64,000 nt of DNA from Batkoa obscura (GCA_030770535.1 JASVEC010000011.1:992001-1056000); one strand, 5' to 3'. Positions 12,012-25,296 are shown, counted from the stretch's first letter. A program made the numbers and translations. Notes: generated by a model from the letters alone, not told the origin.

Positions 12012-13468
12012 ATGGTCAACAGTTATTCTAAGAGTTCCAATAATATAGTAAATATTGATTATAGGGAGGATTATAAGGTAAGTGGTTTATAATATACGGT
12101 AATAGATAACAAAGGAATAATACATTCCATTTAACTATTAAAATCAAAAATATTCTATTTTTATATAATGATATAATTGTTCAAATTTATTATTTAGTTT
12201 ACTGATAAATTTAGTGATACTATATCCGATCTTCAATGGTCACCATCAGGTCCTTATTTGTCTGTTGCTTCTTGGGATAAAACTGTAAGTTTCAATATTT
12301 CAAATTAAACAAATAATGAAAAATCTCACTTCCTTAGGTAAAAATTTACGAAGTAAGTCAAGCAGCAAAATTACAAGCACGTCCATTAATGATGTATGAA
12401 CATGAAGCACCAGTGATGTGTAGTTCTTTTACTTTGGTAAGTTATTTTAACTTTTAAATATTTTCTTGAAATTTTAAATATTTATATTTAAAAAATTAAA
12501 TAGGACGGCCAACAGATGGTTTCTGGAGGAGGGGATAATCAAGTCGTAAGATTTGATTTAAAATCAGGAACTAAAGCAATTGTTGGTACCCATGACGCTC
12601 CAATATCTTGTATTGGCTGGATTAACTCAAGTCAGATTTTGGTTACTGGTTCTTGGGACAAAACAATTAAAGTGAGTTTAATACTAATAAGAGAAGAATG
12701 CTGAAGTTAATAATATGTACTTTTTATTTTAGTATTGGGATCTCCGACAAAATAGAGCAGTTAGCACAGTAGCACTAAGTGATAGAGTATATTGTATGTC
12801 CACTTCAGGTGACTTATTAGTGGCTGGTTTGGCTGATAAATCAATTTCAATAGTCAATTTACAAAATCCTCAAACTGTATTGTCCGTAAGTTTTTAATTT
12901 ATTCAGTTTATTTGATAGTTTATATTTTATCCTAATATACTAGAATACCCTTTCTGAAGCTTTAAGGCAAGTAAAATGTATATCAGCATACTCAAGCCCA
13001 AGGCTTGGATACTTTTATGGTACAGCGAGTGGAGCGATGTATGAAAAAGTAGTAGAACCAAACAAGATGGGAATGTCAAATAATGGAGATCGAGCGAATA
13101 AAAAAGCACATATGAGATCAACGAGCTATTCCTATTCAGTAAATAAAATGTGTATCCATCCTTCACAACAATATTTGTGTTCTGGTGGTAGTGATGGAAA
13201 GATTAATATTTGGAGTAGGGAATCATTTGTTAGACTCAGTTATTTCGACTTTAAAGATAATCCTGTTACAGCTCTTAATTTTGATTCATCAGGTCAAATT
13301 TTAGCTTATGCTACAGGGTATGAGTGGAAAAAGGTAATATTCCTTAGTTTTTTATAAAGGGGAGATGCTTATTGTTTTTTTTAGGGATACCAATATCATA
13401 AAAATATTACACCTTCACTCGCACTGCATAAAATGAAGGAGATTGATTTACCTAAAAATCGTAATTAA
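12012..13468 (+). CDS. Rae1/Gle2 (Bub3 family)-like WD40 protein, divergent, 7 exons
   Basis: Spliced reading gives DTISDLQWSP...VASWDKTVKIYEV, HEAPV, HDAPI, LVTGSWDKTIKYWDLR, DRVYCM, GGSDG and AYATGYEWKKGY; introns are GT-AG. Confidence 0.8.
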
Positions 13469-13658
13469 ATAGGTTGTTTAAAGATATAAAGTAAAATAAA
13501 TATAAACGCTATTAAAAAATAAATTTTATAATATTATTATTAATCATTACTTTATTTTTACTGCTTATCCCTTTATAAATTAGTCATTGAAACTAAATTT
13601 AAATTACAAAATTTATATTAGAAATCAAAAACGGGTTAGCTCATACTTTTCTAAGAAA

Positions 13659-14536
13659 ATGTTAAGATTTTCCAAATTATTACATCACGAAATTACCAGT
13701 AGTATAAAAGTCAACAAGTTTAAATTTTCAAATAATCTTTATTCAAGTTTAAAAATGAGTACTACTGCTAGCAACCCAACTTCCGGTTTCTGTTTTGTAA
13801 AGATAATAGATATCAAACACAATGAAATAAACTAATCTAATCTTTATGTTCACAAAGAATCACACCATGATCCGCGTCAAGGATCCTAAAGCTTCTGTTG
13901 ATTTTTATACTAAAGTTTTGGGCATGAAGTAAGTAGTTGTCGGCGAACTCACCATCGTTTTAATATTTTGAAAAAACAATTACTAACAAAACCCCACTTA
14001 GATTATTACGTGAAAGCAAGATGGAATCTGGCAAATTTACCTTATATTTCTTAGGTTATTTAGGAGAAGATGAAGTATTACCTACTGAAGAATCTCAACT
14101 CCATACTTTCGTTGCTAAAAGATCAGGTGTATTAGAATTGACTCAGTAAGTGATTTAAGTTATATTTAGTATCCTACCAAAAGACTAAATCCTTATTTTT
14201 TTAGTAACTGGGGTACTGAAAATGATGACTCATTTGAAGGATACCATAATGGAAATAAAGAACCCAAAGGGTAAGATTCTTTAATAATAACGAAGCACTA
14301 AATGTTTAATTATCAGCTTTGGACACATTGCCATCTCAGTCGATGACATTAATGAAGCTTGTAAGAGGTTCGATGAGTTAAAAGTCAAGTACGTTAAACG
14401 CCTTGAAGACGGTAGTATGAAACATATCGCCTTCATTGCTGATCCTGATAACTATTGGGTTGAAGTAAAGGTTTTTTGTTACAGTGTTGTATAGTTTTAA
14501 CTGAATTTATTCTAGATTGTACCCAAGACCGTTTAA
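13659..14536 (+). CDS. GLO1: Lactoylglutathione lyase (glyoxalase I), single-domain, 6 exons
   Basis: [71 protein letters not shown]. Confidence 0.93.
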
Positions 14537-14946
14537 TTTTTTATTATTGACCTAATAAAATTTTATGATTTTTATGCTTTGATTACGTTTTTTAATTACT
14601 ACTTTCAAATATTGATCACTTTTTGTTAAAATGAAATCATTCTTATTCTCAAAAGTGTTGTAAGAATTTTTAAAAAATCGAATAGAAATCCCATAATTTA
14701 AGACAAGCAAATGAATTTAATGCAAGGTTTTGAAAATCAAAACAATAATTTTATAAAATTAGAATAAATTAAACTAACATTAATAAAATATATATAAATA
14801 AAATGGTAATTACAATACTCCAATAATAGAATGAAAAACAATAGTAACAATATACTTAAAAATCTAGTCATTATCTTTATTCGCCCGTCGTTTAACTCAA
14901 CGTAGTAATCAAATTACCAAACTTAAGTAAGTTATTTTTTTCTAAA

Positions 14947-15688
14947 ATGTTGGCCTTCCAATCTAGTTCAAAAACTAATCTTCGACTTAGCATTCAATCT
15001 ATCAAAAAGGTGGCTTATTACAGTGATGTTGCCACCAAAAAAATTGAAACACCTGGAGAAAAAACTGAAGTATCACCAAAGATCAATGAAATTGTAGATA
15101 AAATCGCTACTTTAAGTTTACTTGAAACTGCTGACTTAATTGAAGCTCTTAAAGTAAGCTATTATTTATTTCTTCAAGCCGTATATATATTATCAAAATG
15201 GAATCTAATCATTACTTCATTTTTTAGTTAAAACTTAACATCAGTGAAATTGCTATGCCATCAGCGTCAGCTGCTGCTCCAGCCGCTGCTGCCCCTGCTA
15301 CTGAAGCCGCTGAAGTAGATTTTATTTGTGGATTATTTTACTGATGTGTATTAATCGATAAACTTTTAAATAGGAAGAAAAACCAGCTGCTAAAAGTATT
15401 TTCACAGTCAAGCTTGAGAAATTCGATGCTGCTTCTAAAGCTAAAATCATTCGTGAAATTAAATCCATCTTACCTGGAGCTAACTTAGTAGAGGTAAGTT
15501 TATTCCTTTTTATTTTATACAGAGAATTTTTATTAGTTTGTAACTTTTATTAATTTTAAATCTTCTTTTAGGCCAAAAAATTTGTTGAATCAGCACCAAA
15601 AGTAATTAGAACTGATGTACCAAAAGAAGAAGCTGAAAAAATAAAGGCCACTTTAGAAGCTATTGGTGCCACCATCGCTTTAGAATAA
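14947..15688 (+). CDS. MRPL12: Mitochondrial ribosomal protein bL12 (L7/L12), 4 exons
   Basis: Presequence, [16 protein letters not shown], Ala/Pro hinge, [33 protein letters not shown]. Confidence 0.92.
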
Positions 15689-15907
15689 AGTATAGATTTT
15701 TACAATTAACTTAATCAGATGATTATTTTTGGATTCCACACATATTAAAAAAAATAACATAGTAACTTTTATAAAATATTTTTAATAAGTTTTTTGTGTG
15801 AAATCATGATTTTATGATAATATATTATAATATGGTGAGTAATTAGTATGACCAATAAATTAGTTTCAATTATTTAATATTAAATTCTTTCTTATTTACA
15901 ATAAAGA

Positions 15908-17321
15908 TTAAGGTTGAATAGTTTGAGGATAAAAGAAGAAAGCCATAGCAATGATACAATAAGCGGCAATTAAAGTGAGCCCTTCTAACCAGTTAGACTT
16001 ACCATCCTATAAAATAAATATTATAGTTATAAATATATTTAGACAGATAATTAAAATAAACTTACTTGAATCAAATAATTAACGATTAGTACTGTAATAA
16101 ACAACACGGCTGTTTCAAAAGTATCAAAAAATAAAGTCATAGGTTGTCCAATAATCCAACCTAAGATAACTAATACTGGAGTAACAAATAAAGCGATCTG
16201 CATAGAAGATCCTACTGCTACTCCTAAACTGAGATCCATCTTATTTTTCATTGCTACTGTAACCGCAGTCATATGTTCTAATTATTGTTGTTTTTAAAAT
16301 CAAGAATATTAAAAATTAGTAAAATGTTATTTACCTGCTGCATTACCAACAATAGGCACAAGAATAATACCAACAAAAGTGTCAGATAAACCTAGTTGTT
16401 GTGTTAATCCTTCAATACTACCAACGAGATATTCAGCTGAGATAGACACGATGACGGTGATACCAAGAAGGCTATAGGTTTAAAAGATAATAAGAATTTT
16501 TGATTGAATAAATCATATCTAAAAATTTACCAAACCAATGCTACACCAAGAGACATGTGGGCTTCTTCTTCATCGTCATCTTCAGCCTCAAATAAATGTG
16601 TATGGGTTTTTAATTGAAAGACCAAAAAAGCGACATATAAAATTAGCATAATAACTGCGGTACCATGGGATAAATTCATAATTCCTTTTGCAATTTCTTT
16701 TTCACTCCCCAAAACATTATGAAAAGCGGCTGGTACTAAAAGAGAAAGTACACAGATACCTAATAAAGAACTATTAGTTTGAGCGGCGGTAACATTAAAG
16801 GACTGTTCATCATGTTTTAATCCACCAAAGAAAAAGCAAAAACCGAGTACCTAAAAATAATTGATTTTAATTCCATTTCTTCACATAAAAATAAAAATAT
16901 AGTAATCACTTACAAGTAAAAGATTAGATAAAATAGAACCTAACAAAGAAGCTTGTACCACACGAATAAGCCCCAATCTTAAAGCCAATATAGAAACGAT
17001 CAATTCTACAGCATTACCAAACGTAGCGTTGACTAAACCTCCAATTGTTTGACCCATATATTTAGCTACCTCTTCGGTGGCAGTACCGAGAAGACTGGCC
17101 AATGGTATAATTGCGAAAAAATTAAGAAAGAAGATGGCAACATTAGAAAAGTGTAAAGAGCTTGCAATTGCTCCTAAGGGTACAAACACCAATAATATAT
17201 TGATGTAATTGGATAAAAAGAGATATTTTAGCTGCTTGACTATATTAAGATTAGGTGAAGCGCTACGACCGCCTTGCTCAATGCTGCTTAATAACCGGGT
17301 AGACTCGTTGAGATTTGACAT
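15908..17321 (-). CDS. VCX1: Vacuolar Ca2+/H+ exchanger (CAX family), 5 exons
   Basis: [53 protein letters not shown]. Confidence 0.93.
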
Positions 17322-18069
17322 ATATATTTAAGTTTATTAAGATTAAAAATGTAAGTTACAGAAAAGAAAGGATTTTTGGATTTATAAATTTGTTTGGAGT
17401 GATTTCATGTTTGACCTAATTTGGTAATTTTTCATGTCATGCATTTAATTTTATTATAAATCTGAGATTTTTAATCAGTTAAAAATGAGTGGCTTATGGA
17501 GAATTTAAAAACTAGTTTTGAGTTTAAGAAGGGTTTGTCGCTTCTATTTATCGAACAATAAGAAAGGTTTGTCTGTCTTTTCAAAACTTTTTAGAGTTTA
17601 AAATATTTGATAGAAGTTGTTATAACTATTAGAAAAATGAAAATATTGTTCTTAATGCTTATTTGAGAATTAATAGTTTGTAACTTTGAAATATGCTAGT
17701 TTCACCTCACTGAATCCCACTGAAAATAACTAAACAGTTAGTATATGACCTTGTTATGAATACAATTGATACTATCTCATGTTTTGTAATATTTTCAAAA
17801 ATTCAATTTTCTATTTAAAAAGCGAATTTTCTTTATTCTCAAAGAATTTATAGCAAAAATTATCACGCTTATTTATTACTGCAATTATTTAACCACTTGT
17901 ACAAATATTAGAAAAAAGTTATGAATTATACTATACACCATAAAGATATATATCTATATTTTGTGTCATTAAATAGTTTTGTTTACTAAAAATCCATACA
18001 ATGATTTATAGATATAAGTTTAAAAATAATAGCATAAACGATTTTATTTATTCTAGTTGTTACTATTCA

Positions 18070-19499
18070 AAAATACCCACAATGACATTATGACATTTGA
18101 GCTTGGGAAGTAAATCGCTAAAGTCTAATGAATCATCAATTACAGACTTGTCAATTTGAACTAAAAATGGCTTTTTACAAGAAATACCAGGTATTAACTT
18201 ATTCCTATGATAACTAAAGCATCTCCCACCTACAAAATAACCACTTTAACGCCATTTAGAAGAAATAGCATATTAAATAAACTATTAAGGGATATATTTT
18301 TGTGTTTAAGAATTTTACTAACAACTTTTCCGCTCAAATAGCGTTTAAAAGATAGAAAAAGTGATGAAACCAAAAAAAACATCCCCATTAGTTGATAAGT
18401 GAAATTGCTTAAACGTGACTTTTCTAATTGTGGTAGAGTGCATGTAATAATCAAGATTCCTATGTGCTAACCCATATACTTATTCTGTAAGATGATAAAT
18501 GGCGTAATAACGCAAACTAAACCCTCAAGCAATATAACTTAAATTCTAAAGAGTTGATGTTTGAACGTTCTGTAATCTTAGGATAGTTTCAAAGGTGAAT
18601 TCAAAGGCAATAGTCCCGTCAATACAACTTTCTTTTAAACATGTGACATTAAAAAGTGAATTTATATTGTATATTGGCTTGTTAAAACCAAGCGATTGAA
18701 TATTTGGATGCATTAGTCTAGTTGTATAATTATGAATGAAATCGTTTATGTTTATAAATACTGATTTTATTTTAAAAATATCCCCTAAATAATTCAAAGG
18801 AACTTTATTTACTGGATTACCTTTTATTTTTAATGTTTCAAGTGATTGAAAATTGGAATTATCATTGAGAGTTGAAGGTATTGAAAAAGTTTCACTAATA
18901 ATTATTAACTTCTTTAATTCCTTAAACAACTCTTTTAACTTACTGAGCCCATTTAAATTGAGTGAGATACACTTAATCTTTAATACTTTAAGCTTGTATG
19001 GATCAAGTAGATTAATAAGATAATTTAGATCAACTGAATCATTAATGCTGACTGTTAACTTCTTAACCTGAGATAGTAAAGCTATATGCTTAAACAAGAT
19101 AGACTGTTGATTAATTCTAATGTTTAATATCATATTCTTCAAATAAGGTAGCTCGTGTGGTATTAAATTGTTCAATATATCAATATCAGTCAACTGTGTA
19201 TATTCAATATCCAAGATTACAATGTTTGGACATAAGGTTAAAAAATCCAACTGATCGCTTTTTATCTTCAAGTATTGTACATTGTTACCACGATGTTCAT
19301 AGAAAGAATGTTGAATATGTGAATAAGTTGATGAACTTGAATAAGCTGAATAACACATGTGATTAAAAATAAGTAAACTAATTTGTTTAAATAGTGCCTT
19401 GTTTAAAAATCTTAAATCAAACAATTGATCTGAAGGTAAGAAATTGAAAATAGTGTCAATGACAATATCAGGTAAAATATCTAGCTTTAAAGTACTCAT
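18070..19499 (-). pseudogene. F-box/LRR paralog: 5' two-thirds near-identical to the 9909 gene, 3' end frameshifted and MITE-disrupted
   Basis: ATG at 19499; ORF stops at 18546; remnant NSLFNMLFLLNGVKVV lies beyond the MITE at 18288. It could still express a truncated 317-aa protein. Confidence 0.7.
18288..18386 (+). mobile_element. MITE copy 7
   Basis: ATTA TSD. Confidence 0.88.
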
Positions 19500-20399
19500 T
19501 TTGTAAATTAAATAGAAAAATGAAGATATCAATTTTCTTTTATTTGTACTATTCCGCAAGTATACATAACACATTGAAATTAATTCATTATTCACCCATT
19601 TATCGCAATATTTGAGCTAAATTTTTTGTATATCATTGAATAAACATTTTAAAAATTTAGTGTATGATTTGAACTTCTTTAGGTTTTACATATTTAACAT
19701 CAGTTATAATATCACTTTAATGTTATGTACATTAGGCTATTTTACAATCGAAATTATATAGCAAATAGGCCTTTTTCATTAGTAGTATAATACCGTTTGT
19801 AAAATAAAATGTGCTTAGTACTTTTATTGATAAAGAAACTAAAGACAAATGCCCAAGGTTACAAACAATATTCATTTTTTAAGGGCTTTTTTCCATACAA
19901 ATAAGCATTTGTTTATGACATTTTCTGTGAAAAACTGTAATTCTACCTAAAATGAGTAAAGTTTGTTTAGGATAATACACTTATTTCATACTTTGTTTAT
20001 ATTTTGAGAAACAATTTTATGTATAAAAAGCATTGGTTATTATAAGAAACATAAATTTTCTATTTAAAATACTATTTAATTAATATTTTACAATTTGCCA
20101 TTTAATTTAGGAATGCTCGTTAATTATTAAGTGGATATTTGATATAAAATATAATGATTTATCAATAATTACATGTGCCTTAGCAAAAATGTTGTAAGAT
20201 TTTTTGAGCATTATTGAAATTTATTTATTGAAATAATAACTCAATAAGAACAGCCAAGTTCTATTTTACTAGCAACACTGTTTGTATATATAATCAACCA
20301 ATAGTGTACATACTATATTTAGTTCTTTCAAAACAAAAAAGAGTATATTATGATCAAATGTATAGATAGATTGAGTTGTTAGTTTTAATTTTATAATAA

Positions 20400-21950
20400 A
20401 TGAAGTTTGATCGATTACCCAACGTTTTATTATATGGAATATTTAAATGTGTAAAGTTAGAAAACCACACGACTTACGATTGCTGAATAATATATACAAT
20501 ATAATAAATACGGTTATTAGGTATAAATCAAGTATTCAATATGTGGGGAAGTATTTTTGTGTTTAAGAATTTTATTAACAATTTTTCTGCTCAAATAACG
20601 CTTAAAACATGGAAAAGTGATGAAGCCAAGAGAAACACCCTCATATATTGAAAATGAATTCAAAAAGAAAAAATAGTTGAGGAAGTCGAAGAAAACAAGA
20701 AGGAAAAAGAAGACAAAGGAAATGAAGGGAATGGAGAAGGAGCAGATGCGATGGGATTAAAAAGCCTTCTTTCTAGAAAACCTATGGAGTATACAGGTGG
20801 AATAATAGATTCAGCTAGCGATAGTTTAGCTTTTGAACAGTTTATAAAGTATCATTAATATATTTTAAGCAATGGATCAATGATAAAGCATTTGACTATA
20901 AATAGGGGTAGTATTAATTATTTAATTTATTGTCCTAATTTAACAGCTATCGCTTCTAACGATGATCGATATACACTATTGACAAAAATCAAATTGAAAT
21001 TAAAGCTCAATACCAAAATTAAAGAAATTAGTTATCGGCGTGACATGCTGTTACCCTCCAATAATAAATCCGTTTAAAGATTACCTGAGTTAAATCGAAG
21101 TTTTAGGCTCTACATATTTTCGTGGTAATATAAATAATCCTATTAAATCTTTGAACTTAGTTAAATTAAAATCTCTTAACATAGATTTTAGTATCAGTTT
21201 AGATCTTAATTGTTTGGATATAATCAAAACAAAGTTTATTATTTTGGAGTCATTATACTTGAAAGGATGAGAATGTATCTCTACACCAACTGAACTTAAT
21301 CCAGACTTAAATTTTGTTTCCGATTTAGCTTTAATAATTAAAGATATGATATGCTTGAAGATGATTTTGACATTAAATATTTTGGCGATCTTGAGAAATT
21401 TAAAAGCAAGTTAATTGACATATTCAGCTCTTTTTTAAACAAAAATAGCAATAATATGAGTGTAATCAAAGGTAGTAGTGTCATTTCTTCAGGCTGTTTT
21501 AATTCATCAAAATCAACCAATTAAATTTTTTTCTAACTATCAACATTAAAACAAGTATATATAGAAGATATATCAAAAACGTTATTAAAGTTGATTTCTC
21601 CATTGCCAAATATTAAAAACATTTGTATTAAAAATTTACAAGGTGTTTCTAAAAAAATACCAGGAGGATTCAATTTTAATAGAAATAAGATCAAAGGTAC
21701 CTCCGTATTTGATCTATGCAAATGTAAATTTATAAATCAGATTACAATTGATTTTGTCGCTCTTTCATTTAACGTGTTCTTTTTCTTTTTATCCTTATTC
21801 CCAAATTTTAGAGCATTCAAGATGTAATGTTTTATTTCAAAAATATAAATGCTGATATTAATTATAAGTTTATTACACCTTTGTTACTTACTACGTCTAT
21901 TACACCAAATTCAGGTCCTAAGATACATAATGAACTAGAAAAGATTCCAA
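20400..21950 (+). pseudogene. F-box/LRR-like pseudogene with MITE insertion
   Basis: MKFDRLPNVLLYGIFKCVK start followed by frameshifts and stops; fragments 20880-21077 and 21591-21827. Confidence 0.65.
20545..20642 (+). mobile_element. MITE copy 8
   Basis: ATGT and ATAT flanks. Confidence 0.85.
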
Positions 21951-23917
21951 TGTTGACATGGTTGAGCATATAAATATGCCATTCTTAACTTGATAAATAC
22001 CTTGTATTAGCCATTAAAAATATTTTCCTACCTTTTAATTTACTTTTTGCATTACTGTTCTTACTTTGTTATTTTACTTATATTATAAAATCAGTTATAA
22101 TGGGACTGTATTAAATTTAAAACTTTTCCCCTCCGCACTCAAACTTTGGGTACATATAATCACTTTACTTAAAGTCTCTTCCACTCCACTCCCTAACATA
22201 ATTGGATTTACTTATGTCTTGTATTTTGTATCTAAGGTGTCTCCCTTTGCTAAATCTCTTATCCTGGTCTCAGGATTCTGAGCCTTACATGGAAATTTTA
22301 CTGCGATTCAATTTAGTCTCCCTCCTCCTTCATCCTTATCCTTTAATCTCATCTGTCTCCACTCTCAATAGGAATCTTTATGGCGATTGGAGAGGAAAGG
22401 TATCACATTTTGACTCCCCGATTCGGAAATAGACTTGAAGAGTTTGGACCCTATGCCTGTTGTTCGATAGAGCGTCCTTTGAATAGTTTAATCCCTGGAG
22501 TTTACTGTCTCCAGTGTTTACCTTTTTATTTGGGTTAATAAAATACTTGGGTCCTTTGGTCCTTCAAGAGAAAAGAAAGGCTAAGCTTTTTTTTATAACT
22601 TAAATAAAACTCATTCATTCAAACTAATATTTCGATTTATAATTTATACCTAAAAGCGTCTTTTGCTTAATTAACAGCCTTCTCTTCATCAATTATTAAT
22701 ATCTTAACTGTTGAATTTGCTCTAGTGTGATCCCATACATAGCTCTTTACTTCCCCCAGCGTTCTACTCATACGTTGGATAATTCATGTTAAAACTGGCT
22801 TAGGGGAAAATTTTAATTAATAGTAGCATCCCATATCTCATCACATTAGCTTTATTATCGTTATTGGCATAGAATTTGATATTAAAGAGGTACTTAAATC
22901 TGCTTAGAAAGGTTATTCTACATTTATGATATATAAAATAATAACTATTGCCTGTTCTAACTGTTCACAATACACTGATCTTCAATAAGGCTAGCGATAC
23001 TATTTCTAGCTAAATAAGCAATAATTTTCCACCAGTTATTCATATATTTAATTACTTGTATATTAAAGACCACATCTCCTTTTTTGAAATCATCATCACA
23101 TTTTAAAAAGGAGATGAGTGATTTTAAATATTTAACTCATTTTGTAAAAAAAATGACATTATCTCTGTATAAATGCTATAAGTAAATCAATATATCATAT
23201 AAATGTAGTCAACTACCTATACGAGTTTTTTTAATTTAGACTATATGCTACATAGTGTAAATTAATAATATTTAGAATGCTATTGGTGAATTGTGATAAT
23301 TTCAAGTATTATTTAATTTTGCTTAATTTAAATTTTTGGGCAAGTTCAATTCAGATTTATTACCCTGTATATTATTATGCTATAGAGTATTATATTTTTA
23401 AGTTAGATAAGTTTTATTATAAAATAGAACACTATAGCGTATAAAAAAGCTTTGTATCAACTAATTTAAAGTTGTAAGTTCTTAGGTTTATTCAAAATTA
23501 CACTATTCCATAAAGTTATCATCCCTATTGATATTAAAGCATAACAATATTAATTATTATTTAAAGTAACTAAAATTTAAAAGTATAATAAAATTTAAAG
23601 AAAAAGCTAGTAAAATTAAAAATTACCTTTTATTCTTCAGTAACTATTAACTATAAATTGAAAAATTATTTTTATTATTAGTGCCCACGAATTTTAATTT
23701 CGTTTATTCTTATTCTTTTAATTTTTGACTCCTTTTTAAAAAGGCCCCAGCATAAAACCCAAATTTTTTTACGTATGACTCCGTTATTAAAAGCTAAAAT
23801 CTAATTACAGAATAACCATAATTCAGCCTGGGACTATTAGCGAATATTTATCTCGATATATGGTAGCAATTAATTATCAAATATTTACCACAGTGTCATT
23901 ATGGGCTCCCAAACCAG

Positions 23918-23925
23918 TATAAAAG
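23918..23925 (+). promoter_or_regulatory. TATA box of protease 2
   Basis: TATAAAAG ~60 bp upstream of the ATG. Confidence 0.5.
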
Positions 23926-23979
23926 AAACAAATGTGCAACTCTAAATCAATAACCAATTAAGTTTGATACTAAATTGAA

Positions 23980-24927
23980 ATGTTACTTAAAGAAAATTTG
24001 ATTACAGCTTTTGAACTCATCATTGTGACCACTTTGGCTACTTCAGCACAAGCTTCTCCAGCCGATAAAAACTCAACTCAAACCGATGACGCTCCATCTA
24101 GTAGGATCATCAATGGTAATACCGGTTCATGGGCCAACTACCCATCTTTAGTTTCTTTACGTATTAATGGTGGACATTCCTGTGGTGGCGCCCTTCTCAA
24201 TGCTAACACCGTTTTGACTGCTGCTCATTGTTCTGAAGTTTCTACTGGTTCTGTCTCTGTACGCGCCTATTCCAGTGGTAACCTTCAAAAACGTCAATGG
24301 TGGCCACAACAACAGCAGCAAAATCCATGGTGGCCACAACAACCTCAAAGACCACAACAACCTCAACAACCTCAAAGACCACAACAGCCTCAACAACCAC
24401 AGCAAGGTCAGGTTAAAAATGGTCCTGATGGTCCATATACCGAGCACCGAGTAAGCCAAATTATTAAGCACCCAAGTTATAATTCTGGTGGATATATCAA
24501 ATACGATGTTGCAATCTGGAAATTAGCAACACCTGTAAGTGCACGTAACTTTTACCAGATCGATACCCAAAATGTAGGTGATCGTGAAAACTCAGCAACT
24601 AAATTTGCAGGTTGGGGTAGAGTTGATCCAAATGATCAACGTAAATTAGCTTCTCAACTTCAAGAAGCCAACCTTCCGGTATATCCTTTCAACACCTGTA
24701 ATGCTGCTTATCAAGGTTTATCTAAACCTCATCATTTATGTGCTGGTTACCGTGAAGGTCGCTCTTCTGTTTGTCAAGGTGATTCTGGAGGTCCACTTGT
24801 TATTGGAAATACTATCATTGGTGTTACTTCCTTTGTTAGGGATTTGAGATGCCTTAATCCTAACTTTCCTTCTGTATTTGCTCGTGTAAGTACTTATGCT
24901 CAATGGATTCAGCAATATGTTAGATAA
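23980..24927 (+). CDS. Secreted S1A serine protease paralog with elastase-like pocket and WWPQQ/PQRPQQ insert
   Basis: Signal peptide, R|IING, TAAHC, YDVA, GDSGGP. Confidence 0.93.
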   Translation: MLLKENLITAFELIIVTTLATSAQASPADKNSTQTDDAPSSRIINGNTGSWANYPSLVSLRINGGHSCGGALLNANTVLTAAHCSEVSTGSVSVRAYSSGNLQKRQWWPQQQQQNPWWPQQPQRPQQPQQPQRPQQPQQPQQGQVKNGPDGPYTEHRVSQIIKHPSYNSGGYIKYDVAIWKLATPVSARNFYQIDTQNVGDRENSATKFAGWGRVDPNDQRKLASQLQEANLPVYPFNTCNAAYQGLSKPHHLCAGYREGRSSVCQGDSGGPLVIGNTIIGVTSFVRDLRCLNPNFPSVFARVSTYAQWIQQYVR

Positions 24928-25031
24928 ATAAATTAATCAATATTTTAGTAATTGAAAGCTTTAAGATACTTTTAAGTTTTAATCGCATAGCAGACGATCT
25001 ATTATAATACCTCAATTTAGATTATTACATA

Positions 25032-25245
25032 CAGTATTTTAATCACGTCACGGCTATAGCAAGAAAAAAAATTCAACAAGCTGAAGTAGAAGATCTTGAT
25101 AATAATCTTTAGCAAAGTGAAAAAAAAACATCACTATAAAGATTTTCGACCTTGTTCACTTTTGCTGATAATTATTATTAAGATCTTTTACTTCAGTTTG
25201 TTGAATTTTTTTTCTTGCTATAGCCATGATGTGATTAAAATACTG
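25032..25245. mobile_element. Foldback MITE with CAGT termini (Tc1/mariner-like)
   Basis: ~80-bp imperfect inverted arms CAGTATTTTAATCAC...GTGATTAAAATACTG; TA on the left only. Confidence 0.7.
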
Positions 25246-25296
25246 CCTAGAATCTAGACTTGATCTTTTCTTTTTAAATGCTTTTCTAAACATAAT

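Noticed and set aside
22060..23050. GC-richer segment, possible retroelement relic
   Set aside because: Frames are full of stops and no diagnostic motif was recognised; needs tBLASTx.
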